Below, piece by piece: positions 63,011-64,000 of a stretch of DNA of 64,000 nt (the stretch's first letter is position 1; each line of letters begins with the position of its first letter). The notes under the pieces were generated by a model. The model ran no database searches, was not told where the DNA came from, and saw nothing but the letters and a program-made list of their open reading frames with translations. The position numbers and the translations under genes are program-made. Source of the stretch: Camelus dromedarius (taxonomy: Eukaryota); contig NC_087436.1 in assembly GCF_036321535.1 (NCBI RefSeq), forward strand, positions 40,178,001-40,242,000. The letters run 5' to 3'.

Positions 63011-63239
63011 AAGGATTTCATCATTAAAGTATTTTAAGAATTATAGTCAAGTTGCCTAACGTCTGCAATAGGAAACATAGTACTCAGCCTCGGTTAGATT
63101 GGAATACACTGGATCCTCGGTCAAGATTGCCTCTATCCTAGAGATTGCTCAGATGGGCACTGCCAACATGCAACTCTACTCAAAGGTTCTATAGATAACC
63201 AACCTCCCTTTGGATCACTATATTCTTAGTATACACTTT

Positions 63240-63760
63240 TTCCCCCTTTTTCCCAGATTTATTGAGATATAATTAACATACAGCACTGTGTAAGTTTAAG
63301 GTATACAATGTGATTATTAATACCGAATATGTTGTGAAATATTTACCCAAATAAGGTTAGTTAACACATACTTTATCTCACATAATTACTATTATGTTGT
63401 TTTTGCTCTTATGGTGAGAACATTAAACCTCTGCTTTCTAGCAACTTCTGGGTATGTATCTGAAGATGATGAAATCACTGTTTTGAAGAGATATCTGCAC
63501 CCCCATGTTCTCTGCAGCATTATCCACAACAGCCAAGATATGGAAACAACCTAAATGTCCACTGACAGATGAATGGATAAAGAAAAGGAGAGCTATATAC
63601 ATGAGTGTTATTCAGCTATTAAAAAGCATGAAATTCTTCCATTTGCACCAACATGGATAGACTTTGAGGGCATTATGCTAATTGAAATATGTCAGACAGA
63701 GAACAACAAATACTGTTTAATCTCACTTATATGTAGAATGTAAAAATACCAGACTCATAT
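63240..63760 (-). mobile_element. LINE-1 3' insertion with an internal inversion
   Basis: Antisense terminus (tttattgagatataattaacatac..., to about 63447) joined at acttct to sense ORF2-end/3'UTR (ctgggtatgtatctg...ctcacttatatgtagaat). Confidence 0.85.
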
Positions 63761-64000
63761 ACTAGGGTTTTCATTGCTGTTTGGTTTTGGTTTTTAAATA
63801 TAATGCATTAACCACCAATGTTAGACTCACAAGATATGTATTTCATAATGAAGATTTTGGAATTTCACAAACTCTGGCATGTTGAACCAAAACTTAACTT
63901 CAAGACTTGATATTAATATTTTATTCACAGAACTCTTTGCCATTCTTTTATTTTTAATTTTAAGGATACTTTTATATACTTTCCTATTTTCACCTGTATT

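Noticed and set aside
1..64000. CRISPR arrays, operons, defence islands or an active autonomous retroelement
   Set aside because: The DNA is mammalian, no repeat-spacer array is present, and every L1 ORF is broken by stops and frameshifts.

Overview
This is AT-rich, CpG-depleted mammalian genomic DNA, not prokaryotic. Three tRNA-derived SINEs of the Vic-1 type point to a camelid (inference). Roughly half of the window is decayed LINE-1, mostly long plus-strand copies between 1 and 37 kb, plus MaLR/ERV LTRs, L2/MIR remnants and one MER58A; most ORFs in the supplied track are L1 debris or chance. The main signal not explained by repeats is a candidate spliced minus-strand gene that the ORF track cannot show: a TATA-type first exon ending ATGGCTG|GTGAGT near 53.2 kb, a phase-matched 100-nt exon (49739-49640) encoding a signal-peptide-like segment, and a possible phase-matched third exon (33098-32958). 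I do not recognise the protein and cannot say whether it is new. Several rearrangement footprints are directly visible: a poly(A)-tailed LTR retrocopy, internally inverted L1s, a locally templated insertion, an inverted duplication and a microhomology deletion. Repeat family names are from memory and boundaries are approximate unless a TSD is quoted.
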